In this document: positions 10,854 to 20,292 of the stretch, in pieces
Layout of the letters: every line of letters starts with the position of its first letter
Position numbering within the stretch: the first letter of the stretch is position 1
Origin: Candidatus Omnitrophota bacterium
Lineage (GTDB): Bacteria > Omnitrophota > Gorgyraeia > Zapsychrales > JAHFFX01
Length of the DNA: 64,000 bases
Assembly: GCA_023247705.1 (NCBI GenBank)
Contig: JAHFFY010000009.1
Location: 1,688-65,687, forward strand
Reading direction: 5' to 3'
Notes under the pieces: generated by a model
Seen by the model: the letters and a program-made list of their open reading frames with translations, nothing else
The model's database searches: none
Told to the model about the DNA's origin: nothing
Translations under genes and position numbers: made by a program

Positions 10854-13052
10854 CTACCAATAAAAAATTTTAAAATACCGAATACTGTCTAAAATAACCT
10901 TTATTTTGATCCTGGAGAGAATGTTCGAGTAAGTATCCGTCCATGGACGGATTTTTCGGGCGAGAGCCCCTTCTTTGATTGATTTCCACTTTAATTTTGA
11001 GGTCAATATCTGCGATTGCTGACGATCCCAGGTGATAGCGACCCAAGAAGAATCGAATCGGTTATAAGAAATCTCTCCATTTTCTTTCAAATACACATTC
11101 CCCCCTGAAACAGCGCCATTGGCGGCTAAAATTTCAGATAATTCCAAATATCTGTTACTGATATGAAAAAGGATCAACCCATCCCTTTTAAGAACCCTTT
11201 GGTAAACCTGCAGGGCTTCGACCGACAAAAGATGAATCGGGATCGAATCACTGCTGAAGGCGTCGATGATTAAAAGATCATATTTTTGCGCCGGTTGTTT
11301 TTGCAAAGATAATTTCGCGTCTCCAAAAATACAATTGACTCTGCCTGAGGCGTCTTTGAGATAAGTGAAATACCGCGTGGCCAGCTTATAAACATCCGGA
11401 TCAAGCTCAAAAAAATCCAGAGACTGATCCTCTTGGATATAGGATGCTAATGTCCCGGTTCCCAGGCCAACAATCCCGATTGTTTTAAACCCCCAAAAAG
11501 AAGATCTCAGGATCTCTCCCGCAGGAGTGGAATAATGATAATAGGTCAAAGGCGTCTTTTTATATTTCGCGTCCAGATATTGAGCTCCGTGTAAAGTCGT
11601 TCCATGCAAGAGAAACCGCGTATTGCCGTCATCATAAACCCTGTAGAGCCCGTAATAATTTCGGTGCCGTTCAATAAAGAACCGCAAAGCCCAAATGGCA
11701 TCTAATAAAGGCGTCAGAGCCATAATCAGGATCAAACTGATCAATAGCACCGTTTTCTTTTTATTGAATTCACTGAAAACAAATTTTAAACACACGAACA
11801 GAATAATCAACCCAAAGACATTGTATCCTTGATAAACCATCGGCCATATGATCAGAAGGATAACGCCATACATCAACCAGCGGAGATCATGAAAATTAAT
11901 CGGCTCTCTCTTTTTTCCAATCAACAGGCTTCCGGATAAAAGAATCAGGCCGACAAAATATTCCAGAAAAGAGGTCGTTGTCAGAGGGAGAATCCAGTTG
12001 ACAACAAAACCGCCGATGAAACTCCCCAGCGAAATAATAGCGTAAAAAAACGTCAGATGGGCTTTCCCTCCGGGTTTTGTTTGGTAAAGTTCTCGCTGAC
12101 AAAACATGCAGATGTGAAATAAAAAGAAGGCATAAAAAAAGAGCTCAATGACAAAAGGGATCATCGACCTTTTAAAATTCAGGAAATAAAATAATACGCT
12201 CCCCCCCATCGTCAAATATAATTTCTCATTAATCCAACGTGGACACCACGGCCGTTCTTTAAAATTCAAAACAAAAGAAAGAATATATAAAAACAGCGGC
12301 ATCATCCATAAGAGCGGAATCGGAGCAACCTCCGCAGTAATAATATTGGTGACGGACAAAAACATGATTGATCCGGTCATCCCCAGCAACAACCACCGGC
12401 TCACATCCTCTCCGTCAATCGTGATCACCGTGTCGGTGGATCGCTGTCTCTTTTCTTTCTTGACCCCAATGAACGCCAGCGACGCAACTTGCAAGACAGC
12501 TAGAATGAAATAACCGGCCCGCCAGATGTTCAGCTGTATTTTAAGATCAAAAAGGGATTCGAACAAAAACGGATAAGATAAAAGGGCGGATAAAGATCCC
12601 AGATTGGATACGGAATATAACGCATAGGGGTTGGTGCGTTCTTCTAATTCAGATGAGGAGACCCAGGCTTGCAAAACAATGCTAAACGTTGCGAGAACAA
12701 AAAAAATGCTTCCGATATTTTTCAATAATTGCCAGAAGACATCCACCGCCAAAGGCAATTGACTATTGATCGAAATGGAAGTCAATTGTCCACCCGGCAA
12801 AAACAGAAGTGGCAATAAGACCAATCCCGCATGCACCCAGCGGTAACGATCGATTCCCCATCTTTGAATGGCAAAATGGGCGTAGACATAGCCCAGCAAG
12901 AGGACCGCCTGAAAAAAGACGATACACCCTCCCCAGACTAAATAACTTCCGCCATACAATGGCAATAAAATTTTGGCGATGATGAATTCGATTTGGAATA
13001 ATAGAAAAGCGGCGAGGAAAATAATGAGCTGAAAGAGATTGATCTTTCGCAT
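10854..13052 (-). CDS. fused MFS-like membrane domain + spermidine synthase family protein (paralog 3, best-conserved catalytic motifs)
   Basis: The N-terminal ~430 aa is multi-TM. The C-terminal segment GIVGLGTGTLASY...FFELDPDVYKLATRYF...GRVNCIFGDAKLSL...YDLLIIDAFSSDSIPIHLLSVEALQVYQRVLKRDGLILFHISN is a clear spermidine-synthase/aminopropyltransferase signature, including the DxxD block. Confidence 0.7.
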   Translation of the reverse strand: MRKINLFQLIIFLAAFLLFQIEFIIAKILLPLYGGSYLVWGGCIVFFQAVLLLGYVYAHFAIQRWGIDRYRWVHAGLVLLPLLFLPGGQLTSISINSQLPLAVDVFWQLLKNIGSIFFVLATFSIVLQAWVSSSELEERTNPYALYSVSNLGSLSALLSYPFLFESLFDLKIQLNIWRAGYFILAVLQVASLAFIGVKKEKRQRSTDTVITIDGEDVSRWLLLGMTGSIMFLSVTNIITAEVAPIPLLWMMPLFLYILSFVLNFKERPWCPRWINEKLYLTMGGSVLFYFLNFKRSMIPFVIELFFYAFFLFHICMFCQRELYQTKPGGKAHLTFFYAIISLGSFIGGFVVNWILPLTTTSFLEYFVGLILLSGSLLIGKKREPINFHDLRWLMYGVILLIIWPMVYQGYNVFGLIILFVCLKFVFSEFNKKKTVLLISLILIMALTPLLDAIWALRFFIERHRNYYGLYRVYDDGNTRFLLHGTTLHGAQYLDAKYKKTPLTYYHYSTPAGEILRSSFWGFKTIGIVGLGTGTLASYIQEDQSLDFFELDPDVYKLATRYFTYLKDASGRVNCIFGDAKLSLQKQPAQKYDLLIIDAFSSDSIPIHLLSVEALQVYQRVLKRDGLILFHISNRYLELSEILAANGAVSGGNVYLKENGEISYNRFDSSWVAITWDRQQSQILTSKLKWKSIKEGALARKIRPWTDTYSNILSRIKIKVILDSIRYFKIFYW

Positions 13053-13131
13053 CTTTGTGAATTTTTCTACGCTTCTGCGGTAATGTTGGGCGGATTTTCC
13101 GAGGATGAATGTCAGTTGCTAACAAATGATT

Positions 13132-13464
13132 CTAATTCAGCCACCGCAGACGCGTCTGACCGTCGTTTTTTTCGACCCAAACCAAGATCGGTGGATAGCC
13201 CCTTCTCTCGGCAAAGGTTTTAATCTTCGGATAAAATTTGAGCACATACTGACGGTCGCTCTCTTTAATGAACTCGGGATTTCCCAAGAGATATTCCTGA
13301 TCATATCCCCGGAAAACAATCTGACTTTGCCCCAGAATAACGGCCTCTTGGCGATCAATACCGTCAGATTTCTTCACTTGGGAAAGATAAGACTTCATAA
13401 TCGCTTCTTTAGAAAAATCCTGTTGCCTCGAAGCACATCCTAGCATAATAAAAATTAAGATCAT
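13132..13464 (-). CDS. small lipoprotein of unknown function (ORF is open up to 13554; internal Met start preferred)
   Basis: The ORF track gives 13132..13554. The internal start MILIFIMLGCASRQQ looks like a lipoprotein signal peptide with an LGC lipobox. The mature part is hydrophilic (GYDQEYLLGNPEFIKESDRQYVLKFYPK...). Confidence 0.4.
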   Translation of the reverse strand: MILIFIMLGCASRQQDFSKEAIMKSYLSQVKKSDGIDRQEAVILGQSQIVFRGYDQEYLLGNPEFIKESDRQYVLKFYPKIKTFAERRGYPPILVWVEKNDGQTRLRWLN

Positions 13465-13561
13465 AGATGATTTGGATATTTCTTTGCTAAAACAGTCTAT
13501 CACCGGGCGAAAGAATGCCGTGGATGTTGGGAAGGTTGGGATATGATTTCGCATATTTAAA

Positions 13562-14821
13562 TTATGATTCTATCTTTTGCTTCAGCTGATTGAGCTCATC
13601 GGAAAGTTGCTTGATTTTTAAATCTCTCTGCTTAATCGATTGCTCGGAAAGTTCGTTTAATTGTTCCTGTTGGCTTAGCTGTCTTTTAAGATCCGCGATG
13701 ATTTTATCTTTTCCCTGGGATGGCCCTTGTTCTTTCTTCAGCTCATTTTCAAGCGAAACTAATTCTTTGTTCTGCTCCTGGATAACATCCGTTCTGACTT
13801 TTATTTCTTTTTTTTGGTCTTCCAGTTTCTTTTTAAATTTTCCTATTTCCTGTTTCAAAGCGGCGATTGATTTATTCAGTTTGACTTTAGAGGCGATCGG
13901 TTGTTTCTTATCTGTTTTTTCTTCGGCCTTTTTATTCCCCGCGACTTTTATATTCTCTCTCTGATAAGCCATTAATTGCTTCTCCAACAGTTTAATTTTT
14001 TGCTGATAAACGGCGATTTCTTTCTGATACAGTCCATTGGTCTGATTTAATTTTTCTTTCAAAGCAACGGTCTCTCCATTATATTTCTTCATGAGTTGTT
14101 TGATCTGATCTTGATCGACGGTTACTTTTCTGACCGGAAATTTTTGACGGACAGCCTGTTGTTTCATCATGGACAACGCTGAATCCCGACTCCGCAGTTC
14201 TTTCTCTTTTTGTTCCAAAAGGTTTTCATAATTGTCAATCCGGTGCTGCGCTTTATTGAGATCCGCTTTATTTTTCAAAAGAGCGTACTGGATCTTTTGG
14301 ATAGATTGCGTGCTGGTTAGATTTTGAGTTTGTTGCGAGCGCTCGTTGGCGGGATGGAGTTTAGATTCCAGGATCTTCAGCTGGCGTTCTTGGTTGCTAA
14401 TCTTCTTTTTTAGGAAATCTCTTTCTTTTTGGAGCTGATACGTCGAGTCAACCGCAGTGGGCTGAACCCGGCTGAAAGATCCCCGTGTGGATTGTTGATA
14501 AAAAAAATTTTCATCTTCCGATTTTTTCCCTTGAGAATAAAATTGCAGAGCGTACTTGGAAACAATATCCGGAGGGATATCGCGAGGCAAACCCATTCCT
14601 GCCTTGGCTAAATACACGCGGGCGGTCTCACAGGAAGGATCAATCAAAAAAGCTTTGCTAAATTCTTCGATCGATTTTCGGAAACGACCTTCCTCATAAA
14701 ATTTCTTTCCCAAATCACAATAATATTCAACGCTCAGCCGTTCCGCCCAAGTGATTTCACTGATTCCTAAAAACAGAAACATAAAAAGAACAATCTTGGT
14801 GTCCAATCGAGATGTGTGCAT
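13562..14821 (-). CDS. secreted TPR-like + long coiled-coil protein
   Basis: It has a signal peptide (MHTSRLDTKIVLFMFLFLGISEITWA) and a TPR-like helix pair (YYCDLGKKFYEEGRFRKSIEEFSKAFLIDPS). After that comes ~300 aa of K/E/Q-rich heptad-like sequence (QLKILESKL...LKQEIGKFKKKLEDQKKEIK...). Confidence 0.55.
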   Translation of the reverse strand: MHTSRLDTKIVLFMFLFLGISEITWAERLSVEYYCDLGKKFYEEGRFRKSIEEFSKAFLIDPSCETARVYLAKAGMGLPRDIPPDIVSKYALQFYSQGKKSEDENFFYQQSTRGSFSRVQPTAVDSTYQLQKERDFLKKKISNQERQLKILESKLHPANERSQQTQNLTSTQSIQKIQYALLKNKADLNKAQHRIDNYENLLEQKEKELRSRDSALSMMKQQAVRQKFPVRKVTVDQDQIKQLMKKYNGETVALKEKLNQTNGLYQKEIAVYQQKIKLLEKQLMAYQRENIKVAGNKKAEEKTDKKQPIASKVKLNKSIAALKQEIGKFKKKLEDQKKEIKVRTDVIQEQNKELVSLENELKKEQGPSQGKDKIIADLKRQLSQQEQLNELSEQSIKQRDLKIKQLSDELNQLKQKIES

Positions 14822-15288
14822 AGCCGTCCCTTTTCATAAGTAGTTCAATCGAAGATGATATTGTCAAAATCCCTACATCCTTGCGAATTCTTTCATCATT
14901 TAGGAATTTTAGAAGAGTATTTATTAAAATCACATGCGGCAAGTATACCACCCTCAAAAATCAATTGTCAAGACAACCATTTTGGTCTCAAGACGCACAT
15001 ATGTTCTATCCCGAGGTTGCTTTTATCATCCAGACGAGCTGATCCCTTTTTACTCAATGCGGCTTAACTGCGGCTGTTGTTTCGGAACCATCCCCATCAA
15101 AAGGGGAAGATTCTGCATCGTGGCGGGCTCCATTTTGAATATAAACGGCGACAGGCCTTCGATGTGGATATTCTGCAGATCCTGCAGAGGAACCGGCAGA
15201 GGAATGCCATCGGGATCGCGTTTGATCTGCAGGTTCAAATGATTCGCGTTGAAGAAGTTTTGGGTTGTCTGCTCTTTGTGACTTCCCG

Positions 15289-15340
15289 GGGACATCCCTG
15301 CCATCTTTCGCCTTAGGCAACGGATGGCAGGGATGTCCCT
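15289..15340. promoter_or_regulatory. perfect 16-17 bp inverted repeat (stem-loop) in the divergent intergenic region upstream of mutS
   Basis: GGGACATCCCTGCCATC (15289-15305) pairs exactly with GATGGCAGGGATGTCCC (15323-15339) around a 17-nt loop. It overlaps the ATG of a small minus-strand ORF (15050..15304) and lies ~70 nt upstream of the mutS ATG. Confidence 0.4.
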
Positions 15341-15410
15341 TCGTTCGTCAAAGCCCTGTCCCTTTCCCCAATATTCCTTATTTCCACGATGAACATTTTA
15401 TGCTATAAGA

Positions 15411-18059
15411 ATGCCTATGGAAAATACCACCCCGATGCTCCGGCAGTATAACGAAATTAAAAAACAACATCCGCAAGCCATCCTGTTCTTCCGCCTCGGA
15501 GATTTCTATGAAATGTTTTATGAAGACGCCAAGGTCGCCTCCAACATCCTGGACCTTGTTTTGACCGGACGTTCCAACGGACGTAGCGAAAAAGTCCCGA
15601 TGTGCGGGATCCCGTATCATTCCGCGGAAGGCTACATTGCCAAACTCATCAAAGCCGGATTGAAAGTCGCCATCTGCGAACAGGTTGAAGACCCGGTGCA
15701 AGCCCAGGGTATTGTCAGGCGCGACGTAATCCGCACCATCACCTCAGGAACATACTTAGACGACCAAACAACCGATTCCCGCTATATCCTGGCCCTCAGT
15801 TTTAATGGAAAGGTCTGGGGAATGGCGATGATCGAATCCACCAGCGGCACGATCCAGGCGAACCAATACAGCGACCCGCAGCGGATCATTGAGATCATCG
15901 CCAAGATGCCGATCTACGAATGTATCTTCGCCGAGAATGATGAAGAAAAAATCAAAGAATTATTCCGTCATCATTTGGTCCGTATGAAAAATATCATTTT
16001 AAGCCCTTACGACGACTGGTATTTTAACGCACAGATGGCTAGAAAAAGTTTGTGCGATCATTTCAAGATCCACAACTTAAGCGGCTTCGGCATCGAAAAT
16101 CATCCTTTGGCCCAGGCCAGCAGCGGAGCGCTCCTGGAATATCTCAAGCAGATGAACAAACAACCGCTGCGCCATATCGATAAAATCAGTCTTTATACAG
16201 ACAGCTCTTATGTTTTTATTTCACCCGCCGCCTGTTATGGATTAGAAATGGAAGGCTTGTTAAAATTCATTGATCAAACGCTGACTTCGCTGGGGAAACG
16301 CAAACTGCGATACTGGATTTATCATCCGCTCAAAGACATTCCAGCCATCGAAGAACGACAAGACGCGGTGACCCTGCTCAAGGATTCTGCGGAAATCCAG
16401 CGTGCCCTCGAAAATTTATTGAGAAACACCCCTGATCTTGAAAAAAACATTTCTCGTTTAAGCTGCGGCTACACCTCGCCCAAAGACATGCTGGCGATCC
16501 GCAACACCTTACTGAAAATTCCTCTCTTGCAAGACGCGCTTAAAAATATTCAAAATCAGCTCTTCGCGCTCGAGGACATTCCTGAATTGCGGGAACTTTT
16601 GGAAAAAACGATCAATCCCGAGATGCCCCTTTCCCACAGCGAAGGAAAAGTCATCCGCACTGGATATCATACCGAACTTGATGCACTGAAAGACCTCCAG
16701 GAAAACGGCCGGAAATGGTTACAGAATCTCCAGGCCCAGGAAATCAAACGCACCGGGATCAATTCGCTGAAAATCGGATTTAATCAGGTCTTCGGTTATT
16801 ACATTGAAATCACCAAGGCGAATCTCAACAGCGTTCCCTCCGACTACATCCGGAAACAAACGCTGGTCAACGGCGAACGTTTTATCACGCCAGAACTGAA
16901 AACCTTCGAAGAAAAAATACTGACCGCCGAGGCCAAGATCCTGAAGATCGAAAACGAAATCCTCAATGAATTGAAACAGGAAATCTTAAAACATTCCGTG
17001 GCCTTGCATCATTTTGCCAATCACCTCGCGACGGTCGATGTCCTGTATGCCTTAAGCGTCTTGTCCCGTTTGCCCATTTACATCCGTCCCACCCTTACTG
17101 ATGACACCACCATCGATATCAAAGACGGCCGGCACCCGGTGGTCGAACGGACATCCTCTGATTCCTTTGTGGCCAACGACACCCTACTCGATTGCAGTGA
17201 AAATCATCTGATCATTTTGACCGGTCCGAACATGGCGGGAAAATCGACTTACATCCGTCAAACCGCGATCCTGGTCATCCTGGCACAGATGGGCAGTTAT
17301 ATCCCGGCGACCGCGGCGCGTATCGGGATCGTGGATAAAATTTTTACGCGCATCGGGGCCCACGATGACATCAGCAAAGGACAAAGCACCTTTATGGTTG
17401 AGATGAATGAAACCGCCGACATCCTCAACAATCTTTCCGGGCGAAGCCTCGTGATCCTCGATGAAATCGGCCGCGGGACCAGCACTTCCGACGGATTGAG
17501 TTTGGCCTGGGCCCTGGCCGAACATCTGCAGCAAAAAAAAGTGCGCACCATGTTCGCCACCCATTTTCATGAACTCGTGGCTCTGGCGGAACAATATTCG
17601 GGCGTCAAAAATTATAATGTCGCGGTCAAAGAATGGAAAGATGAAATTCTGTTCCTGCATAAAATCATTCCCGGCGGCAGCGATGACAGCTACGGGATTT
17701 ACGTGGCCAAACTCGCCGGGATCCCGGAGGCCGTAATCCAGCGCTCCAAAGAAATCCTCACCGAGTTGGAATTGAAGAATGATTTAAAAGAAAAGACCAA
17801 GATATCGCCTTCCGGGGAAAATCAATTGTCCTTATTTGGTCAGCCGGCGATCGGGGGCGGCACAGAAAGCAAACTGAAAACCCCGACTGTTTCTGTGCCG
17901 CCCCCTTCGTCCCTTTCATCGTCCCTGATCAAAGAACACAGCGATGCGTTGATGAAAGAAATCAAAGCCATCATCCAGTCCATGGACATTAATTCATTGA
18001 CACCGTTGGCGGCGTTGAATAAGATACATGAGTTAAAAAACAAAATTGAAAAAGGATAA
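15411..18059 (+). CDS. mutS: DNA mismatch repair protein MutS (MutS1 type)
   Basis: It has the N-terminal mismatch-recognition domain (TPMLRQYNEIKKQHPQAILFFRLGDFYEMFYEDA), Walker A (LTGPNMAGKSTYIRQ) and the ABC ATPase signature (STFMVEMNETA...DEIGRGTSTSDG). It is 882 aa. Confidence 0.95.
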   Translation: MPMENTTPMLRQYNEIKKQHPQAILFFRLGDFYEMFYEDAKVASNILDLVLTGRSNGRSEKVPMCGIPYHSAEGYIAKLIKAGLKVAICEQVEDPVQAQGIVRRDVIRTITSGTYLDDQTTDSRYILALSFNGKVWGMAMIESTSGTIQANQYSDPQRIIEIIAKMPIYECIFAENDEEKIKELFRHHLVRMKNIILSPYDDWYFNAQMARKSLCDHFKIHNLSGFGIENHPLAQASSGALLEYLKQMNKQPLRHIDKISLYTDSSYVFISPAACYGLEMEGLLKFIDQTLTSLGKRKLRYWIYHPLKDIPAIEERQDAVTLLKDSAEIQRALENLLRNTPDLEKNISRLSCGYTSPKDMLAIRNTLLKIPLLQDALKNIQNQLFALEDIPELRELLEKTINPEMPLSHSEGKVIRTGYHTELDALKDLQENGRKWLQNLQAQEIKRTGINSLKIGFNQVFGYYIEITKANLNSVPSDYIRKQTLVNGERFITPELKTFEEKILTAEAKILKIENEILNELKQEILKHSVALHHFANHLATVDVLYALSVLSRLPIYIRPTLTDDTTIDIKDGRHPVVERTSSDSFVANDTLLDCSENHLIILTGPNMAGKSTYIRQTAILVILAQMGSYIPATAARIGIVDKIFTRIGAHDDISKGQSTFMVEMNETADILNNLSGRSLVILDEIGRGTSTSDGLSLAWALAEHLQQKKVRTMFATHFHELVALAEQYSGVKNYNVAVKEWKDEILFLHKIIPGGSDDSYGIYVAKLAGIPEAVIQRSKEILTELELKNDLKEKTKISPSGENQLSLFGQPAIGGGTESKLKTPTVSVPPPSSLSSSLIKEHSDALMKEIKAIIQSMDINSLTPLAALNKIHELKNKIEKG

Positions 18060-18154
18060 TCAGTTGTCGGGTTACGGGTTTTACGGGTTAGCGGGTTAAA
18101 TGAGCTAATTTCAAACCCGTTAAACTCGCAACCCGCAAACTCGCAAACTAATTT
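18060..18154. repeat. G/C-rich direct and inverted repeats in the mutS-mutL spacer (possible attenuator/terminator-like structure)
   Basis: CGGGTTA / CGGGTTTTA / CGGGTTA / GCGGGTTA repeats are followed by their complements AACCCGTTAAACTCGCAACCCGCAAACTCGCAAAC. A stem GCGGGTT...AACCCGT is possible. There is no clear T-run. Confidence 0.3.
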
Positions 18155-19966
18155 ATGGGCAAAATACACCTTCTCTCCCCAGATATCATCAGCAAAATCG
18201 CCGCCGGAGAAGTCATCGAGCGTCCGGCATCGGTCATTAAAGAACTCATCGAAAATTCGCTGGATGCCGGGGCGACCGACATTGAACTCCATCTGAAAGA
18301 AGCCGGCAAAACCCTCATTCGCCTGAAAGATAACGGATCGGGAATCGAACCGGATGATCTGGAAAAAATTTTCCTTCGGCATTCCACAAGCAAAATCAAA
18401 GACATCGAGGATCTTTTCAATATTCATTCGTTAGGATTCCGCGGCGAAGCGCTCTACAGCATCGGAGCAGTGGCGGACGTGACGTTAAAAAGCAAGACCA
18501 ACGGTCAGGACAACGGCTGGCAGATCCACATGCGCGGCGGGCAACAATCGCAGCTGAAACCCGTGGTCATGGGCCAAGGCACCGATATCGAAGTGAAGGA
18601 ACTTTTTTTCAACACTCCGGCGCGTAAAAAATTTCTCAAAACCAATTCGACCGAGATCAATCAAATCCTCAATATTTTTCTTCCCTATACGTTGTTATAT
18701 CCCCAATGCCGTTTCCTTTTATCGCATCAGGACAAAACGTTGATCGACCTGCGCTTAAGCAAACAATTGAAAGACCGCATCGCCCAGTCTTTAAACCTCG
18801 AGACCAAACATTTGCTCGAAGCTCAAAAAAATTTTTCGGAAGAAAAAATTTCAATACACATGGTCTTGGGTGACATAAACATTCAGCGGGCTCAAAGAGA
18901 CATGCAGTTTCTCTTCATCAATGACCGCCCTGTGCAAAACCGCGCCATTCTCTTGCGCATGAACCAACTTTACCGTGCGCTCCTCGCGCCGGATGTCTTC
19001 GCGTTCTTCAGCCTCTCTATCGAAATCCCACCGGAAGACGTGGACGTCAACATGCATCCCACCAAAAAAGAGGTCAAAATCAAAAGCGAAACAGAAATAA
19101 TCAATCTCATCAGCGCGTTAGCGCAAGAAACGCTCCTCAGCTGCAGTAAAGCCAAACAGGTGAGCCTTCCAATATCCAAAAAAGAAGAACAAGTGGTGAA
19201 CAATGATCTCTCCTCACCCGTCATTCGCGAAAAACAATCGGCGCAATCATCGTCATCCGTATCTTCTATAAAAAACCTTAAATCCGATCCCGCTGAATCC
19301 ATTGAACCATTCGGCAAATACGCCGCCCAACATTACGCCTTTCAAAACCCTCCCGTCAAGGAAGGCCAAACGGCAAATTTTTTGACCGAAGAAGAAAACA
19401 CGCTGAACTACAAACTTGCGATTGCCCGTTATATCGGGACGTTTATGAAAAAATTCCTGATCTTCGAGACCGGCACCTCGCTTTTGGTCGTCGATCAGCA
19501 CGCGGCCCAGGAACGGATCGCCTACGAAGGATTTATCAAACAAATGAGTTTGGGAAAAATCGAAGTCCAATCGCTGTTGAGTCCATTTCTGTTGAAACTC
19601 TCCAAGCAGGAACTCCTCTCGTGGGAAGAAAACAAAACGAAACTGGAAGAGATCGGAATCAGCACCAACTTGTGGGACAAAGAAACGCTTGCGATTCACA
19701 GCTACCCGCATCTTTTGAAGAAACCCGAGATCGCCACCCGTTATCTCCTATCCGGAGAAACGATCACGTACTGCGACCACGAAACCATCGCCCGCAGGGC
19801 CTGCCGTTCCTCGGTCATGGCCGGAGACGCTATGGGCCCCTCGCAGGTCGAATATCAACGCCAACAACTCCTCAAATGCCAGGACCCGTTCACCTGTCCG
19901 CACGGGCGACCGACCGTCATTGAGATGACGGAAAATTTTCTGGATAAACAATTTTTACGGAAATAA
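18155..19966 (+). CDS. mutL: DNA mismatch repair protein MutL (endonuclease-type C-terminal domain)
   Basis: It has GHKL ATPase motifs (ELIENSLDAGAT; LGFRGEAL). The C-terminal endonuclease motifs are DQHAAQERIAYE, ACRSSVMAGD and CPHGRPT, typical of MutH-independent MutL. It is 603 aa. Confidence 0.95.
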   Translation: MGKIHLLSPDIISKIAAGEVIERPASVIKELIENSLDAGATDIELHLKEAGKTLIRLKDNGSGIEPDDLEKIFLRHSTSKIKDIEDLFNIHSLGFRGEALYSIGAVADVTLKSKTNGQDNGWQIHMRGGQQSQLKPVVMGQGTDIEVKELFFNTPARKKFLKTNSTEINQILNIFLPYTLLYPQCRFLLSHQDKTLIDLRLSKQLKDRIAQSLNLETKHLLEAQKNFSEEKISIHMVLGDINIQRAQRDMQFLFINDRPVQNRAILLRMNQLYRALLAPDVFAFFSLSIEIPPEDVDVNMHPTKKEVKIKSETEIINLISALAQETLLSCSKAKQVSLPISKKEEQVVNNDLSSPVIREKQSAQSSSSVSSIKNLKSDPAESIEPFGKYAAQHYAFQNPPVKEGQTANFLTEEENTLNYKLAIARYIGTFMKKFLIFETGTSLLVVDQHAAQERIAYEGFIKQMSLGKIEVQSLLSPFLLKLSKQELLSWEENKTKLEEIGISTNLWDKETLAIHSYPHLLKKPEIATRYLLSGETITYCDHETIARRACRSSVMAGDAMGPSQVEYQRQQLLKCQDPFTCPHGRPTVIEMTENFLDKQFLRK

Positions 19967-19986
19967 TCTTTATTTAAATCAAATAT

Positions 19987-20015
19987 TTGACGCTGGAGAA
20001 AAACTATTGTATATT
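19987..20015 (+). promoter_or_regulatory. candidate sigma70-type promoter for the small-protein/retropepsin module
   Basis: TTGACG is separated by 17 nt from TATATT, a near-consensus -35/-10. An AGGA Shine-Dalgarno lies ~7 nt before the ATG at 20035. Confidence 0.4.
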
Positions 20016-20034
20016 GTTTGCGATAGGACACACG

Positions 20035-20292
20035 ATGAACAAACCATTCTCCAAAAAACAACCAATCTTGATTGACGACGATTCCTGGCTCAAATCCCAT
20101 TTTGAGTGGCTGATTGATCATTATCCCGGCCAATATGTCGTGGTTGCCAAAGGCGAAGCGTTCATCGGCCGTAACGTCATCGCCCTCGAACGTCAAGCCA
20201 GAGAAAAACATCCTCACGCCACGACAACAGGGATGCCCATCCCGCGACAGCAGGATCTCTTCGCGATCCGCCGTCAGTGGTTTCGTAAATGA
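20035..20292 (+). CDS. small protein of unknown function (possibly DUF5678-like), co-transcribed partner of the retropepsin-like protease
   Basis: The ORF track starts at the TTG at 19987; the first ATG at 20035 gives MNKPFSKKQPILIDDDSWLKSHFEWLIDHYPGQYVVVAKGEAFIGRNV... Its stop overlaps the next ATG (ATGA at 20289-20292). From memory, small proteins of this type (YPGQYVVV.KGE motif) are often found next to bacterial retropepsin-like proteases. Confidence 0.45.
   Translation: MNKPFSKKQPILIDDDSWLKSHFEWLIDHYPGQYVVVAKGEAFIGRNVIALERQAREKHPHATTTGMPIPRQQDLFAIRRQWFRK

Noticed and set aside
13126-13443. Plus-strand ORF 13126..13443 (105 aa)
   Set aside because: It overlaps the minus-strand lipoprotein ORF, which has a convincing signal peptide and lipobox. 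No motifs were found in the plus-strand product.
15382-15410. Possible sigma70 promoter (TTCCAC-16-TATAAG) abutting the mutS ATG
   Set aside because: The -10 would sit only 1-7 nt upstream of the start codon, implying a leaderless or internal start. This is too speculative without TSS data.
15411-18059. mutS2 (Smr-containing paralog) instead of mutS
   Set aside because: The N-terminal mismatch-recognition domain with the GDFYE motif is present and there is no C-terminal Smr domain, so this is MutS1.
17184-18427. Minus-strand ORFs 17184..17660, 17297..17560, 17840..18427 and 18148..18420
   Set aside because: They are antisense to the strongly supported mutS and mutL coding sequences, and their G/R/A-rich translations are typical of GC-rich antisense frames.
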